Assembly: GCA_964057225.1 (NCBI GenBank)
Contig: OZ059894.1
Coordinates: 15,128,001 to 15,192,000 of the forward strand
From: Auanema rhodensis
Taxonomy: Eukaryota > Animalia > Nematoda
Length of the DNA stretch: 64,000 nt
Direction of reading: 5' to 3'
Shown: positions 1-11,201 of the stretch, piece after piece
How positions within the stretch are numbered: the stretch's first letter is position 1
Layout: each line of letters begins with the position of its first letter
Notes under the pieces: generated by a model
Seen by the model: only the letters and a program-made list of their open reading frames with translations
Database searches by the model: none
What the model was told of the DNA's origin: nothing
Position numbers and translations under genes: made by a program

Positions 1-804
1 ATCTTGTTTTTTTATTTAAAAAGTCGATTTGGATGGGATGCAGAGCAATATAGCTATTTAAGAGTTGGAATTCAAGCCAGTTCTACGTTGATGGTAAGAA
101 TATGGACTGCAGATTAACAATTACAAAGTACAAAGGCAGTAGAAAACCTTTTTGTTAACTTTGAAGCTCTTGTTTTTGTATATATTTGTCTGGAAAATAC
201 GTGAGATGAAATTCTAAACAACATGCTTATTTAGGCTTTGTTGGCGTATCCCTGGCTTAAAGGAAAAGGGGTCCGTGATACAACACTGTCAATCGTTGGA
301 CTGCTTGCAAGAGCTCTCAGTAAACTTTGGATAGCTTTAGTGCCATCAGCATCATTTATGATCACATGTAACATTGAAACTTTGATTTTCTTAACAATGC
401 ATAGGTGTTTAGGCATATTTCTTGAAATGCTCTCGCGTTTTCCTGCCACTGCTCTTCGATCTTTAATTGCCTCCAACGTTAAAGCACATGAAAGAGGTTA
501 GCATTTCACTAAGATTCAAATCAAAATAGTAGAGAACTTGATGTCTAGGTAGCGCTTTTGCTACCGTTGGAAGCATTGAAGCATTCTGCAATCTTTTGGC
601 TGCCTTTGTATTTCACACATTATTTCCTTGGTCACTTTCATTCCTGCCACAGTTATCATTTATAGTTATGTCAGCACTAATCATACCACCTACTTTCTTA
701 TTGATGTGAGTTTCTAAATATTTTTGTTAATTATCTAATAATATACAGTAGATTATTATGCTTTCTTTTTCAGAATTTTCAAGAAGAAGTTTAAAGAAAA
801 TTGA
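1..804 (+). CDS. SLC46/PCFT-like MFS transporter, 3' portion (5' end outside window)
   Basis: GT-AG exons splice to ILFFYLKSRFGWDAEQYSYLRVGIQASSTLM/ALLAYPWLKGKGVRDTTLSIVGLLARALSKLW.../LEMLSRFPATALRSLIASNVKAHERG/SAFATVGSIEAFCNLLAAFVFHTLFPWSLSFLPQLSFIVMSALII, typical of the SLC46 C-terminal half. Last exon (774-804) is less certain. Confidence 0.8.
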
Positions 805-1214
805 GTTTTTATCAACAACTTTATGAGGTTTATAGAGTTTAAAACACATGCATGTATACAATACAGGTTCTGTTCTAAGCATTATGTAATAAATATTCAT
901 ATTTAAAAAGAATTCAAATAAATTATTTATAGTAATTATCAATCCTTTTAAAAAAAAACGAGCTCAGATCATGCAAAATAGCAAAATATATACTTTAGGG
1001 GATTCATGTAACTGCAGAATTTCCGCTATATTTAGATTTCAAAGTTCATTCTAAAATCAAATCCACCACAAGGGTAATTATGTAATATGATTATATTTTC
1101 TTTATTTTTTAATTCGTTGCTAAACATTAAATGAATAATTATGTTTATTACAGAGCGCTGTAAACAATTTGCAGTGTACTGATGTATGAAAATAAATTAC
1201 AATGTTTCAGAAGT

Positions 1215-1483
1215 TTAATCCAAATTTAAATAGGATTTTTTCCAACGGTCATCATTGGCACGATATGGATTCAAGAACATCTTGCGACGGAATGCATAAG
1301 CTTCTCGTGGAACAGGAACGTAACTATTCCTGTAAAAAAGGTTTTAAGAAAATAATTTTAAAGGTCTTCTGTAACTGTCTACTAGAATACTCACCGTCTG
1401 TCATCCATCATATCAAACACACGTTGCGAGTAACCGAACTCGAAAACAATCAGGAGCATCAAAATAATCGCAAAAAACCGCAT
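1215..1483 (-). CDS. Small secreted neuropeptide-like precursor, 67 aa, 2 exons (1483-1395, 1329-1215)
   Basis: TTTAG acceptor 2 nt before ATG; GTGAGT/TTTTACAG intron keeps frame; product MRFFAIILMLLIVFEFGYSQRVFDMMDDRRNSYVPVPREAYAFRRKMFLNPYRANDDRWKKSYLNLD has a signal peptide and RR, RRK, KK basic sites. Confidence 0.7.
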
Positions 1484-2894
1484 TTCTAAAGATCACAATG
1501 TTGATAAAAGTTTTTTTTCGAACAGTGAGAAGATCTAAGAAAAAATGGAAAAGCCTGGTGTGACGGCAAAAATATGTAAGAATAAAATAACCAAAAATTA
1601 TTTCAAACATGTCAATCGTGTTTTTCACAAACCAAGCTTCAAGAGAACTCTTCAGTAACTGAATAACTTTCAACTTCGATGAGTTAAATAGAACAAAAAC
1701 ATAAATAGTTAAGAGGAATAAAAGGGGAGGAGGACGAATGTGAACTGTGTAGTTATATCTCTTCCTATCCCCATCAATGTAAAAGCAAAGCACTTTCTGG
1801 TTTGTATGAAGTAGAATAATATTAAGGAATTTTAGGAAAATTAGTCTGAAGCTGGAATAAGAATGAAAGTCAAGCCAGCTAGGGGTTTGTACTAATCGTA
1901 AACATAATTAAAGCAAAGGAATTTGAAGCTCCACCTACTTCTTGATTTTGGCTCTTTTCGGTCTTTTTCTTTTATAAACGAGAAAGGGAGGAAAAGATGT
2001 TTGAGCTTCATGATAATATGGAGAGGGAGAGGTGAAGAAACAAATATAATTCAAACGTTGTTGAAAAAGAAAAGTTCAAAAACGTCAAAAAGATGAATAC
2101 GTCACGGGGGAGAATTCAAAACTACAACCGCTGAAAAAAAATGGAATTCTGAATTATCTTGGTTCTTCAACCATGGACACGCTTCATTGTTGCTTTGCTT
2201 GTCTACCTCCGGTTCCGTTTATTCTTTAATTTCACCTACTTCTATTGCAACACAAAAAATATAAAAAATCTTTTCAAAAGTATTATTTTTCCTACAAAAA
2301 TAATATCAAATGAAGTGCAATCCGGGATACAGATTGTTTTCGGACAATGGAATGGAATAGAGGGATACTAAAGAACTTCCTTTGCGGCAATATTGAGGAC
2401 AAGTTTAAAAAGCGACAAAGTTTATATTATAACTGAAATTCTACCGGTTCTTTTGATAGAACTCTTTATTGTTTTTTTTTATATCAGCTGCTGCTCTTAT
2501 CTCATGGACACAAACAAATGGAAGTTCTTAGTCGAATTAATCGTAGTTCCAATATCTGGGCGGGTGGTAGAAGAAAAAATAAAGTTTTCAGTTTAAAAAC
2601 ATCCGATCCGAAAGTAATGACCAGCTCTTAGGTATTTGAAGTAATGAAGTTTCTGTTTTGATTTTCTCCCGTAATTCTGGTCTAATTATAGTTTATCGTA
2701 AGATTATATTAATAGTTCCTAGCTTTCGAAATAATTTTAGAAAAATTCACAGCATGAAGCATTCAGAAAAATCAATGTGTTTATTCATCTGTATACTTGC
2801 TGGTGATTTTGGGCTGTTCGAAGAGACATACAATAGCGAAGTCCTGCGAACTGTCTCTTTGGATGCTGCATAGTGTGTTGAGATATTTTCATAC

Positions 2895-3840
2895 ATGATC
2901 ACTACAACATCCAGCAGTCAATCACCATACTTTGAAAATGTTGATATAGAAAGGTTTGTTATTAACGTTGTAAATTGAAAAACACGGAACCCACGTTCGT
3001 ACTATTTTTACGGATGTTTCAGAGGTGCCTCTGAAATAGAAAACTCTAAAAGTTCTCCTAATATGGAAGGCTTGAAAGAAACAGGAACAGCACAAGTTTT
3101 AAGACACCCACAGTGCAGGTGACATTATTTCTGCTATATTCATTCAATATATGCTATAATGAATTCGATCAAATGTTTATTTATTTTTTAATGAGTTAGC
3201 ATATTCTGTTTTGAATTTCTAAACGTTAGATCATCTAGTAATCTGGATGAATATTTGAAATAAATTATAAAAGTATAAAGAAGGTTACTGTAACTAATAT
3301 ACCCAGAGATGTAGCATTTCTCGACAAAACATTTAAAACTTTAAGATTCATATGGTATCTTCGTACAGGGATAGGAATATTCACAGTATTAGCAATAGCC
3401 ATGTCATCGTTCAACTCACTCATTTCCATAACGCATGTTCTTTTTGGAGTATATTTGGTTGCAATCCTTGTTCCATGCTTCCTTCTTGAGTTTGGCTATA
3501 TTCTGCGTTTCATATGCGGGTTTGTTCTACCCGAATGACTAGGTATGCTATTACTGATTCAGAACAAATGGAGCATTCTGTCAAGTATTTGGAGGTATAT
3601 TGCATTTCGACAATTGGAGAAGAGGACTGTTATATATAGCTATGTCTGTAGTTTGTTTTATACCATCGTTTACCAATAACTACGGAGTTGTATGTGGTAA
3701 AATATATAAAACATATATATATATATAATTTTTATTTTCCAGGAATATGCTTAGATCTTACTGGATTACTGTACTGTGTCAAAGACTGGGAATATAAAAC
3801 AGTTCATACATACATAGCTGATGTACAACAACAGCATTGA
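2895..3840 (+). CDS. TMEM72/Flower(CACFD1)-like multi-pass membrane protein, 5 exons
   Basis: Five exons splice in frame: ...FIWYLRTGIGIFTVLAIAMSSFNSLISITHVLFGVYLVAILVPCFLLEFGYILRFICG/TNGAFCQVFGGILHFDNWRRGLLYIAMSVVCFIP...G/ICLDLTGLLYCVK; hydrophobic pattern and RGLLY..S, TGLLY motifs match the family. Confidence 0.7.
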
Positions 3841-4342
3841 ATACAATTTCACAAATTCATGATATTTCAATAGAAAACTAAATAAAGAATTAAGAAAACT
3901 AAAAAGCTTGAAACGGTTTAAAAGTTTCTTAATTAGGGAATAACTATAAGAAATGAATTACAACTTCTTTATTATATTAATGACACCAAGAAGAAATTGT
4001 TTTCTTAAAAATATAAAATAAATATTTTGTATAATCACCGGAATATTTGCAACTTTCTCACACTATTTGAAATTGTCTAAGAAGTATTGCAGTTATTTCT
4101 AAGCAATAGAATAGGTTTTCTGGCAAACCCTAACAAAAAATATAATATTTATTACATAAATGCAAAACAAAACAAATGTAAGGAATGAAAAAAGATATAA
4201 ATATTCTAAAAAACAATAAATTATTATAGCCTACCACCTATAAGGTTTTCAGACCCAGCTTATTTTAAGGCACATGTTTTCCCAAATCATTTATCACAAT
4301 AGTGTAATTATGAAGTAACCTACTTTGTACATTAAATATATA

Positions 4343-5007
4343 TTATACAACTTTTACTATACACTCCTTCGTCCACCTAAAACCATATATAAACCCCTCT
4401 TCTAACGATAAAATTGGAATGTGACGATATCCTGGTAGATCAGTTGATGATTCACCTTTCAGCTTAATGGGAGCGAATATTTTGTTTTTCTTAAATTTAT
4501 ATATCTTTATATCATAAAAACTGGGCACTTACAACAATAACAGGATCATCAGGAGTTTCACTTACTAAGCTTTCTAAAATAGAATTCATTTCTGATTCAT
4601 TGATATCCTTTTCTTCGGGTATTTTATATCCATAATTAAGCTTAAAAATTTAATTAAAAATATAACTTTCTAAAACCTTCCTACCGCTAATGCTTCATAT
4701 TTCTTAAGCTTATCTTCAGTTCTTTCTAATTTACTGAAAAAGATAGTGATTATTGCCAAGAACAGACAAAAAAAAACGATACGTTGTCAGTTGATCTATT
4801 TCCGTAGAAAGGGTAATCTTATCACCTTCAATCTAGAAACATGATAATGAACAAAAATGTAAATATTATTATAATACATACTTTTTCTACCATATCTAAA
4901 ATTCTATCTTCTAAATCTTCATTTCGCTGCTTTACTTGAGAATATTGTTCTTCTAACAATGAATATTTAGTTTTCCAAAACGATAAATCATCGTTTTGAT
5001 CATCCAT
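4343..5007 (-). CDS. Coiled-coil protein, TJAP1(Pilt)/BEGAIN-like, ~160 aa, 5 exons
   Basis: TTTGTAG acceptor 6 nt before ATG; spliced product MDDQNDDLSFWKTKYSLLEEQYSQVKQRNEDLEDRILDMVEK/IEGDKITLSTEIDQLT/TKLERTEDKLKKYEALA aligns by eye with the TJAP1/BEGAIN coiled coil. Confidence 0.65.
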
Positions 5008-5829
5008 ATATCTCTACAAAATAATTCTTTTTTATAAAGAATAAAACAAGTGGCAAAACATGAAATTGCGCAGAAAAAAATTCATAAAAAATATTACTAA
5101 TATACAAATATTATTTAAATTCCAAAATTATTAATAATATCTAAATTAATTATATAACAGCATGAAGCTCGTAAACACAAAAAAATCTTGAATGAAATGA
5201 AATTTATGAAAAAAGAAACATGTTGGAATACCCAGATTTCTAATCAAAATGAATATCAATAAACGAAGAATAAAATTATTACGTATATTGCGTAATTAAC
5301 CATACAGTATATTTCACCAGGTGTCATTTCTTATATGATATAAGTTTTGAAACTTCAAACTCTCCCCTTTGAAAACTAGAAATGTGGGTTAGCAATAAAC
5401 CAGTACGATAGAAAGGACATTCAGAAACATTACATTTCATTTTGATTTCAGCGACAACAAGCAACAATATCACAGTTGATAAATTTCGGAAGTGTATCTA
5501 CTAGTGATTGATGGTTATGAAATTGGGGGAATCCATTTATTTTTACAAACGATAAAAAGCATCTCCGAAAGCGAGAGTACCCTATTGATTTCGATGATTC
5601 AAATCTGTTCCAAAAAGAACGATTCCGTTTTTGAATCATGTCATTTCATTTCTGATCGGTTCTGTTCAGACCTTGTACACAATTTTTGATATTTTCAATA
5701 TAACCAACATGTTACACATTTATCCTGAATGAAAACTATATTAAACCTCTAAAACTTTATTTATATAAATAAAAGCCAGCCGGAATAAATAGAAGTAGAA
5801 GTGATATTGACATCTGTACAAAAGTGAAG

Positions 5830-7668
5830 TTACTTCAAGTCATCATCGTCGTCCTTATTAATGGCCTTCTTGACTTTAACAAGAAGTGAAGTATGCCATG
5901 AGTCAAGACGGCTAATCTTATCATAATTCTTTACAGCTTCGGTGAACTTCTCTTCATCTTCTTCACCGAGTGCACTAATGAGTTCCTGAAGAAAACCATA
6001 ATATATATCATATTAGTTATTTCATTTACCGCTATGAATTTTGATTCACGTGATTGTGCGAAAGAAGGGGCAGCGTCTTCATAACGTTTTAAGGCATTTT
6101 GAGTATCCAGCTATAAAGAGAAAACTATTACACTTAACTTGGGCAAAAAAATCTTACGGTATCAAGGCACAGGTAGCAAATAAGAGCTTGGAAGAAATGA
6201 TTTTTAGCAGCGTACTTCAACGTTGGATGATCGGCTTCCCAGAAAGCAATTTCTTCAAATACAGTGATAGCTTTTTGGTACTGTTCCAATTGGGCATGAT
6301 ACTAAAGCAAGAAAAAATATTGTTTTCCAATAAAACTGCAATGTTTACCTGAGCAACCTTGATCAAACATTTAGTTGCGCTACTCTTCGATTCTTCTCCC
6401 TTATAGTAGTCGGCTGCTTTTTGGTAATGGAAAATAGATTGTTCGGTATCTGGGCATTCAGTTTCAAAACTGCAACATAATATTAAATTTTGGTTAAAAG
6501 AAATGAAACATACAGCTCAGCAATCGTCACATGGATTTTGGCAGCCATGGTGAAACGGCCCATATCAGTATAAATCTCTGCGGTCTTTAGCAAGCAATCA
6601 ACAGCTAACTAAAACTTATAAATGATTTTCGATAATTAAATATTCGGCAACTACCTGAGGATTGACTTTTCTGTGACAGTTAGCGGCTTCTGCGTACTGG
6701 CTAGCACAATCATGCTTGGAATCACCCTAACGGAAAAATTATATAAAACTTGTTTTTCAAGCTTTTCAAAATCTTACCTGAGGTCCATGAATCTCAGCTG
6801 CACGAACAAAAGCATCTCCAGCTTCCTTCCATAGCTTAGACATTTTAAACAAGTTTCCAGCCTGAATATAAAGTACTTAACGGATAACACCTTTGATATC
6901 TAAACACCACTACAAAATATTTTATTGCATTCACGTTAGGCATGTTATTGGGGTTTTCGTTTATTCCAAGGCCTAGCATATGCACGCACTCCTTCAAAAG
7001 TTTGCTCTTGTTCGTTTCCAAAACGAATTTTCCTAGGAGCTTTGGACTTTGACGAGCTGACCGATACTGTGGTTAAATCCTTTTCTATTTTTTCTAGTCT
7101 TCGATTCATTTTTCTTTTTTCTAATTCAACTTCCATATGTTTAATTTTATGTACAGATGATGAATGTGCATCTCTTTCTGAAGAAGTGAGAAATTTTAAA
7201 CCACATTCTTGTTCAAGACATCGATATTGGGGATCAGCTGAGTCACGAGTTAAGCGAACATTGAAAAAAGGGCAATGGGTTTCATCGGAATGTAACTCCA
7301 AAACGAAGTTCGAAGGAAATGTTTTAGAGCACACAATACATTGATGAGAATGCACAAGCTGATAATGTTCTTCGAAGGATAAGTGATCTTCAAAGGCTTT
7401 GCCGCATCCCATTTCCATACAGGTCATGAAATCAATATCTTCATCTTGGGACTCAACAAGAGAAGAGGACGTGGGTGCTTCCTGGGGAAGGTTAAGGGTG
7501 AAAAAGCCCAAAAAATAAGTATGAAATTTTAATTACTTGAATGAAAAGATCAGCTGCTTCATCAGAACCACCGCCGCCGAAAAATTTACCAAGGAAGCCT
7601 CCACCACCTTTCATTTTTTTCTCAGCCTCTTCGAGCTTCTTTCTAGCTTTAACTTCGCTATCTGCCAT
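5830..7668 (-). CDS. snap-1: alpha-soluble NSF attachment protein (alpha-SNAP)
   Basis: Exon 1 7668-7537 ([44 protein letters not shown]), exon 2 6861-6778 ([18 protein letters not shown]), later exons [14 protein letters not shown] and [14 protein letters not shown], acidic end DDDDDLK*. TTTTAG acceptor 1 nt before ATG. Confidence 0.96.
6921..6926 (-). terminator. AATAAA polyadenylation signal of the nested ZNF511-like exon
   Basis: Canonical hexamer ~19 nt after the stop at 6945 and ~60 nt before the snap-1 exon 2 acceptor. Confidence 0.6.
6945..7481 (-). CDS. ZNF511: ZNF511-like triple C2H2 zinc-finger coding exon nested in snap-1 intron 1 (same strand)
   Basis: [75 protein letters not shown] plus C-terminal PRKIRFG matches the ZNF511 architecture. 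Acceptor TTCCCCAG ends at 7482; AATAAA at 6926-6921. Confidence 0.85.
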   Translation of the reverse strand, partial: EAPTSSSLVESQDEDIDFMTCMEMGCGKAFEDHLSFEEHYQLVHSHQCIVCSKTFPSNFVLELHSDETHCPFFNVRLTRDSADPQYRCLEQECGLKFLTSSERDAHSSSVHKIKHMEVELEKRKMNRRLEKIEKDLTTVSVSSSKSKAPRKIRFGNEQEQTFEGVRAYARPWNKRKPQ

Positions 7669-8030
7669 CCTAAAACAATAATAATAATAAAAAGAAATTC
7701 TTAATAAATAAGAAAAATAAGTAAAGAAAATATAAAAGAATTATGGAGAAGCGCGCTAAAAAAAGACCAATAGCGAAATCAATAAGTTGCTTGCGCGCTC
7801 CAACATCATTGTTGGTTGCTCTAGTATCGATTCCTTCCATGAAAAAGTCTCACCCCAAGAAAATGTTCTTTTTTTTAATATTAATATTAGTGATATTGAA
7901 GTTTATTAAGAATAATGGATGAAATACACAAAGATAATGAGTTGGCTTTATCCAATAAGTAGTTTGGCAATTAATAACTGCGTACATTTTTATAGTTGTA
8001 AATACAAAGTGTTGAAGAACGAGATCAGTT

Positions 8031-8981
8031 TTAATGCTCACGCAGGTTTTCCTCTGGGATAATTCCTTTGCGAGCAAGCAACTCCTTTATATTATTAGTA
8101 AGTTGTTGTGATACAGGAGATAACTGATTGACGTCTGTTACCAACATCTAAATTAAGTATATTAATTTTTACAAGTCTTTAAAAATGCAATTTACTTGAT
8201 GTAGAGTTGGCGGACCATCCATTGCTGCTGTAACTGGCGATCCATTTATAGAAAATAAGACTTCATCATTTCTTGATGGACGATAAGCAGTTGCTCTGAA
8301 ATTTACATTAACCTCACCATATCATGATAAAACACTTACGGAACATTTTCAATTCCAGACTTTACATGTAAAATAGCAGGAACGCGAACAGCACGTCCTG
8401 CTGGTGTGAATAAATTAAGTTGTCTACCACGTGGTCTGAATAAAATGTTATTAATTAAGGTTATGTTAAATTTGATGATTGAAATACTGATACATATAAG
8501 CAAATAACATACTGTGCACTAGGTCTTACAACTGTTTCTGGTAATACAACATTGGTCGTATTCTCCTTATTATCTATAGTATTTCTTTCTGCTTTGACCT
8601 GTTACAACATTATAATAAATGAAATTCATTCGGACCCTTACGTTATTTGTCTTGGTACCACCTAAGATGTTCTCTTCGAAAAATTGTAGAAAATTCATTT
8701 TGCGGCATTCCTTAATTACTATTTTATATTTATCGATATTATTAATACCACCAACCTCTGGAACAAGCGTTACATAATATTCATCTATTTGTTCATCGAT
8801 ATATTGAAGATAACGCTCTCTAATCTTGTCAAATCGTTCTTTAGCTTCTTGTTCTTAAAAAATTAAAAATATAAATTTGAAAAATATGTACAATACTTTC
8901 TCTTTCCGTTTCGGAATGGAACTGTTGTTTCAATTCACTATTTTTAGGTTTGCTTTTTGTTCTAGTGGATCTCTTCGACAT
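8031..8981 (-). CDS. csc-1: Borealin-related chromosomal passenger subunit CSC-1, 6 exons
   Basis: In-frame splice model MSKRSTRTKSKPK...EAKERFDKIRERYL...FTPAGRAVRVPAIL...AYRPSRNDEVLFSINGSPV...; the TPAGR and FSxNGSP motifs are characteristic of CSC-1/Borealin. Confidence 0.75.
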
Positions 8982-9149
8982 CAAGCCTGAATAAATTAAT
9001 ATGAATATCACTAAAATTCGATGAACAAGACAAGAGTTTAGAAATAACCATATTATCATTACATAAGGTTTTATTCAAAATATTAAAAAATTTAAACACA
9101 AAAAAGAAAAAAGCAAGTTTTTATATAAAATCTATATATTGAAAATATT

Positions 9150-9166
9150 TTTGAATTTGGCGCGAA
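9150..9166 (-). promoter_or_regulatory. Composite E2F/CDE-CHR (DREAM-type) element in the csc-1/pgs-1 divergent promoter
   Basis: Minus strand reads TTCGCGCC-AAA-TTCAAA: an E2F/EFL-1 site followed by TTYRAA (LIN-54 CHR), ~170 nt upstream of the csc-1 ATG. Confidence 0.6.
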
Positions 9167-9282
9167 CACACTAAGCGTCCAATTGCGTATAAATCCCTAG
9201 TTTCGATCTAAGAAGCTGAATGGCATATTGTAAAGTTGAAGCAGTGTAGTAACGATTTCCTATTCAAATTAACTTTTGCTCC

Positions 9283-11053
9283 ATGTCTTCAGTTGAAGAC
9301 TTATTTAGGAAATTACCGGGAATTCCAATAGACTCAAAAGATGTTCATATAATTCATTCTCCTTCAGACTTCTATCAATGCCTTATAGTGAGTTATCTAG
9401 TATTGACCTACGTGACCCTCTAAATCTAAGTTCAGGATCATGCTGAGAATGCCAAATCGAGGATAGCCATTAGTAGTTTATATTTAGGAGACGGGAAACT
9501 TGAGAATCAGTTTGTTAGTTTAGTTATATGTGCATTCACTGTATCTAATTATATAGGTAGATGCAATTAAAGAAAATTTAAATATAAATTCGAAGTTGAA
9601 TGTTAAATTTTTGCTCGATTTTCTTCGTGGTACTAGAGGACAACGTGAGGAAAAAAGTAGCACTACTCTTTTAAAGAAAATAGCAGATAGAGCAGAGGTT
9701 TGATATTAGTATGTAGTATAATTTAACATTATAATTTAAAGGTTTTTCTATACCATTCACCTGATTTGAGAGGGTTTATGAAAAAAGTTTTGCCAGAAAG
9801 AACTAATGAAATTATTGGATTACAGCACATGAAACTTTATATTTTTGATGATAATGTGTTAATCAGTGGGTAGGCTTTATTCTAGTTTGTCTTTGTTCAT
9901 TTAATATTACAGAGCTAATTTATCTGATTCTTATTTCACAAATCGACAAGATCGTTACATTCTTTTCAAAAACAAGGAATTGGCAGATTTTTTCTCTCGC
10001 ATCATTGAGGTTATCAGTAAATTCATATATATATATATACTATAACCAATTCAGGTCGTTGGACAATGCTCTTTCAAGTTACAAGCTGATGGGGCTGTTG
10101 AGCTAAATCCAGAGTGCCATGTTCATCCCTTGACTGGTTTACACTTTTTTATACTTATCATGTTTTTTATTATATAGGTTCCTATTCCGAATACACTAAA
10201 ATGATGAGGGATCGTATCAATGAAGTGGTGAATACTCTTAAAATAGTTCCTTCTGATTCCGATACTGTGATATATCCATTAATACAAATGGGACCTTTCG
10301 ATTTGAATCAAGAATTGGATTTTTTAAAAGAAGTTTTCTCACTTAATGTATATATGATATCAAAGTGACACACAATTTAATTTATTAATTTAGTCTGAAG
10401 ATATTTGTCTAACCATGGCTTCGGGATATTTCAATACTACGATAGAATATGAGGATTTAATTTTTGGGAAAGGACTCTATAAAATGAATATTATCACTGC
10501 TGCGCCTGAGGTAACATGTTCGGTTTTTTGTGAAACTAATAATACTCTCTATAGGCGAATGGATTTTTTGGAGCAAATGGGATGTCGAAATACATTCCAT
10601 CAATGTATTCTTGCATTAGCAAGAATTTTATTGAACAAGCTAAAAATCATACTAGGTGTTGTTTTATTCTATTTTTGGTTTAAGACATATACGTTCAGGG
10701 ATATCACACTTTATGAGTATAAGAGAGAAAATTGGACATTTCATGCCAAAGGGTTATGGGTAGAAACTCCTAAATTTACGGCTACTATTGTTGGCTCATC
10801 AAATTACGGTTATCGTTCGGTCCATAGGGATCTAGAAGCTCAAGTTTTACTAGTCACTTCGAATCAAAGTTTGCGTTCGAAACTGAGAGAGGCAAGTTTT
10901 TATTTAGTATTAATAATATTTTTTTGTTTCTAGGAACATTCACTTATCTCTAATTTCACATCAGTATTGGATGTAGCTGCTTTAAGAAGAGCAGAACATC
11001 ATGTTCCTACTATAGTGAAAACTATATCAAAAGTTATTAGAAACTTTTTTTAA
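9283..11053 (+). CDS. pgs-1: Mitochondrial phosphatidylglycerophosphate synthase (PGS1, phospholipase D superfamily)
   Basis: Motifs SPSDFY, RIAISSLYLGDG, LLDFLRGTRG, GLQHMKLYIFDD, ANLSDSYFTNRQDRY, WTFHAKGLW, GSSNYGYRSVHRDLEAQ over many short GT-AG exons. Confidence 0.95.
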
Positions 11054-11201
11054 TAATAATTTTAATAGAAAATAGATGTTTAGAATAAGAGTTTTAGAAT
11101 AAGATTTTTTTGTTTTTATTGTTTATTCAATGGCTCACTTCCATCTTCAGTATATGTGTTCTTTTTATACTATTTCTTATGCACTATTAAATTTAATTTA
11201 G

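Noticed and set aside
6862-7536. Complementary intronic elements flanking the nested exon, as in unc-17/cha-1
   Set aside because: Only short partial matches by eye; needs RNA co-folding and covariation analysis.
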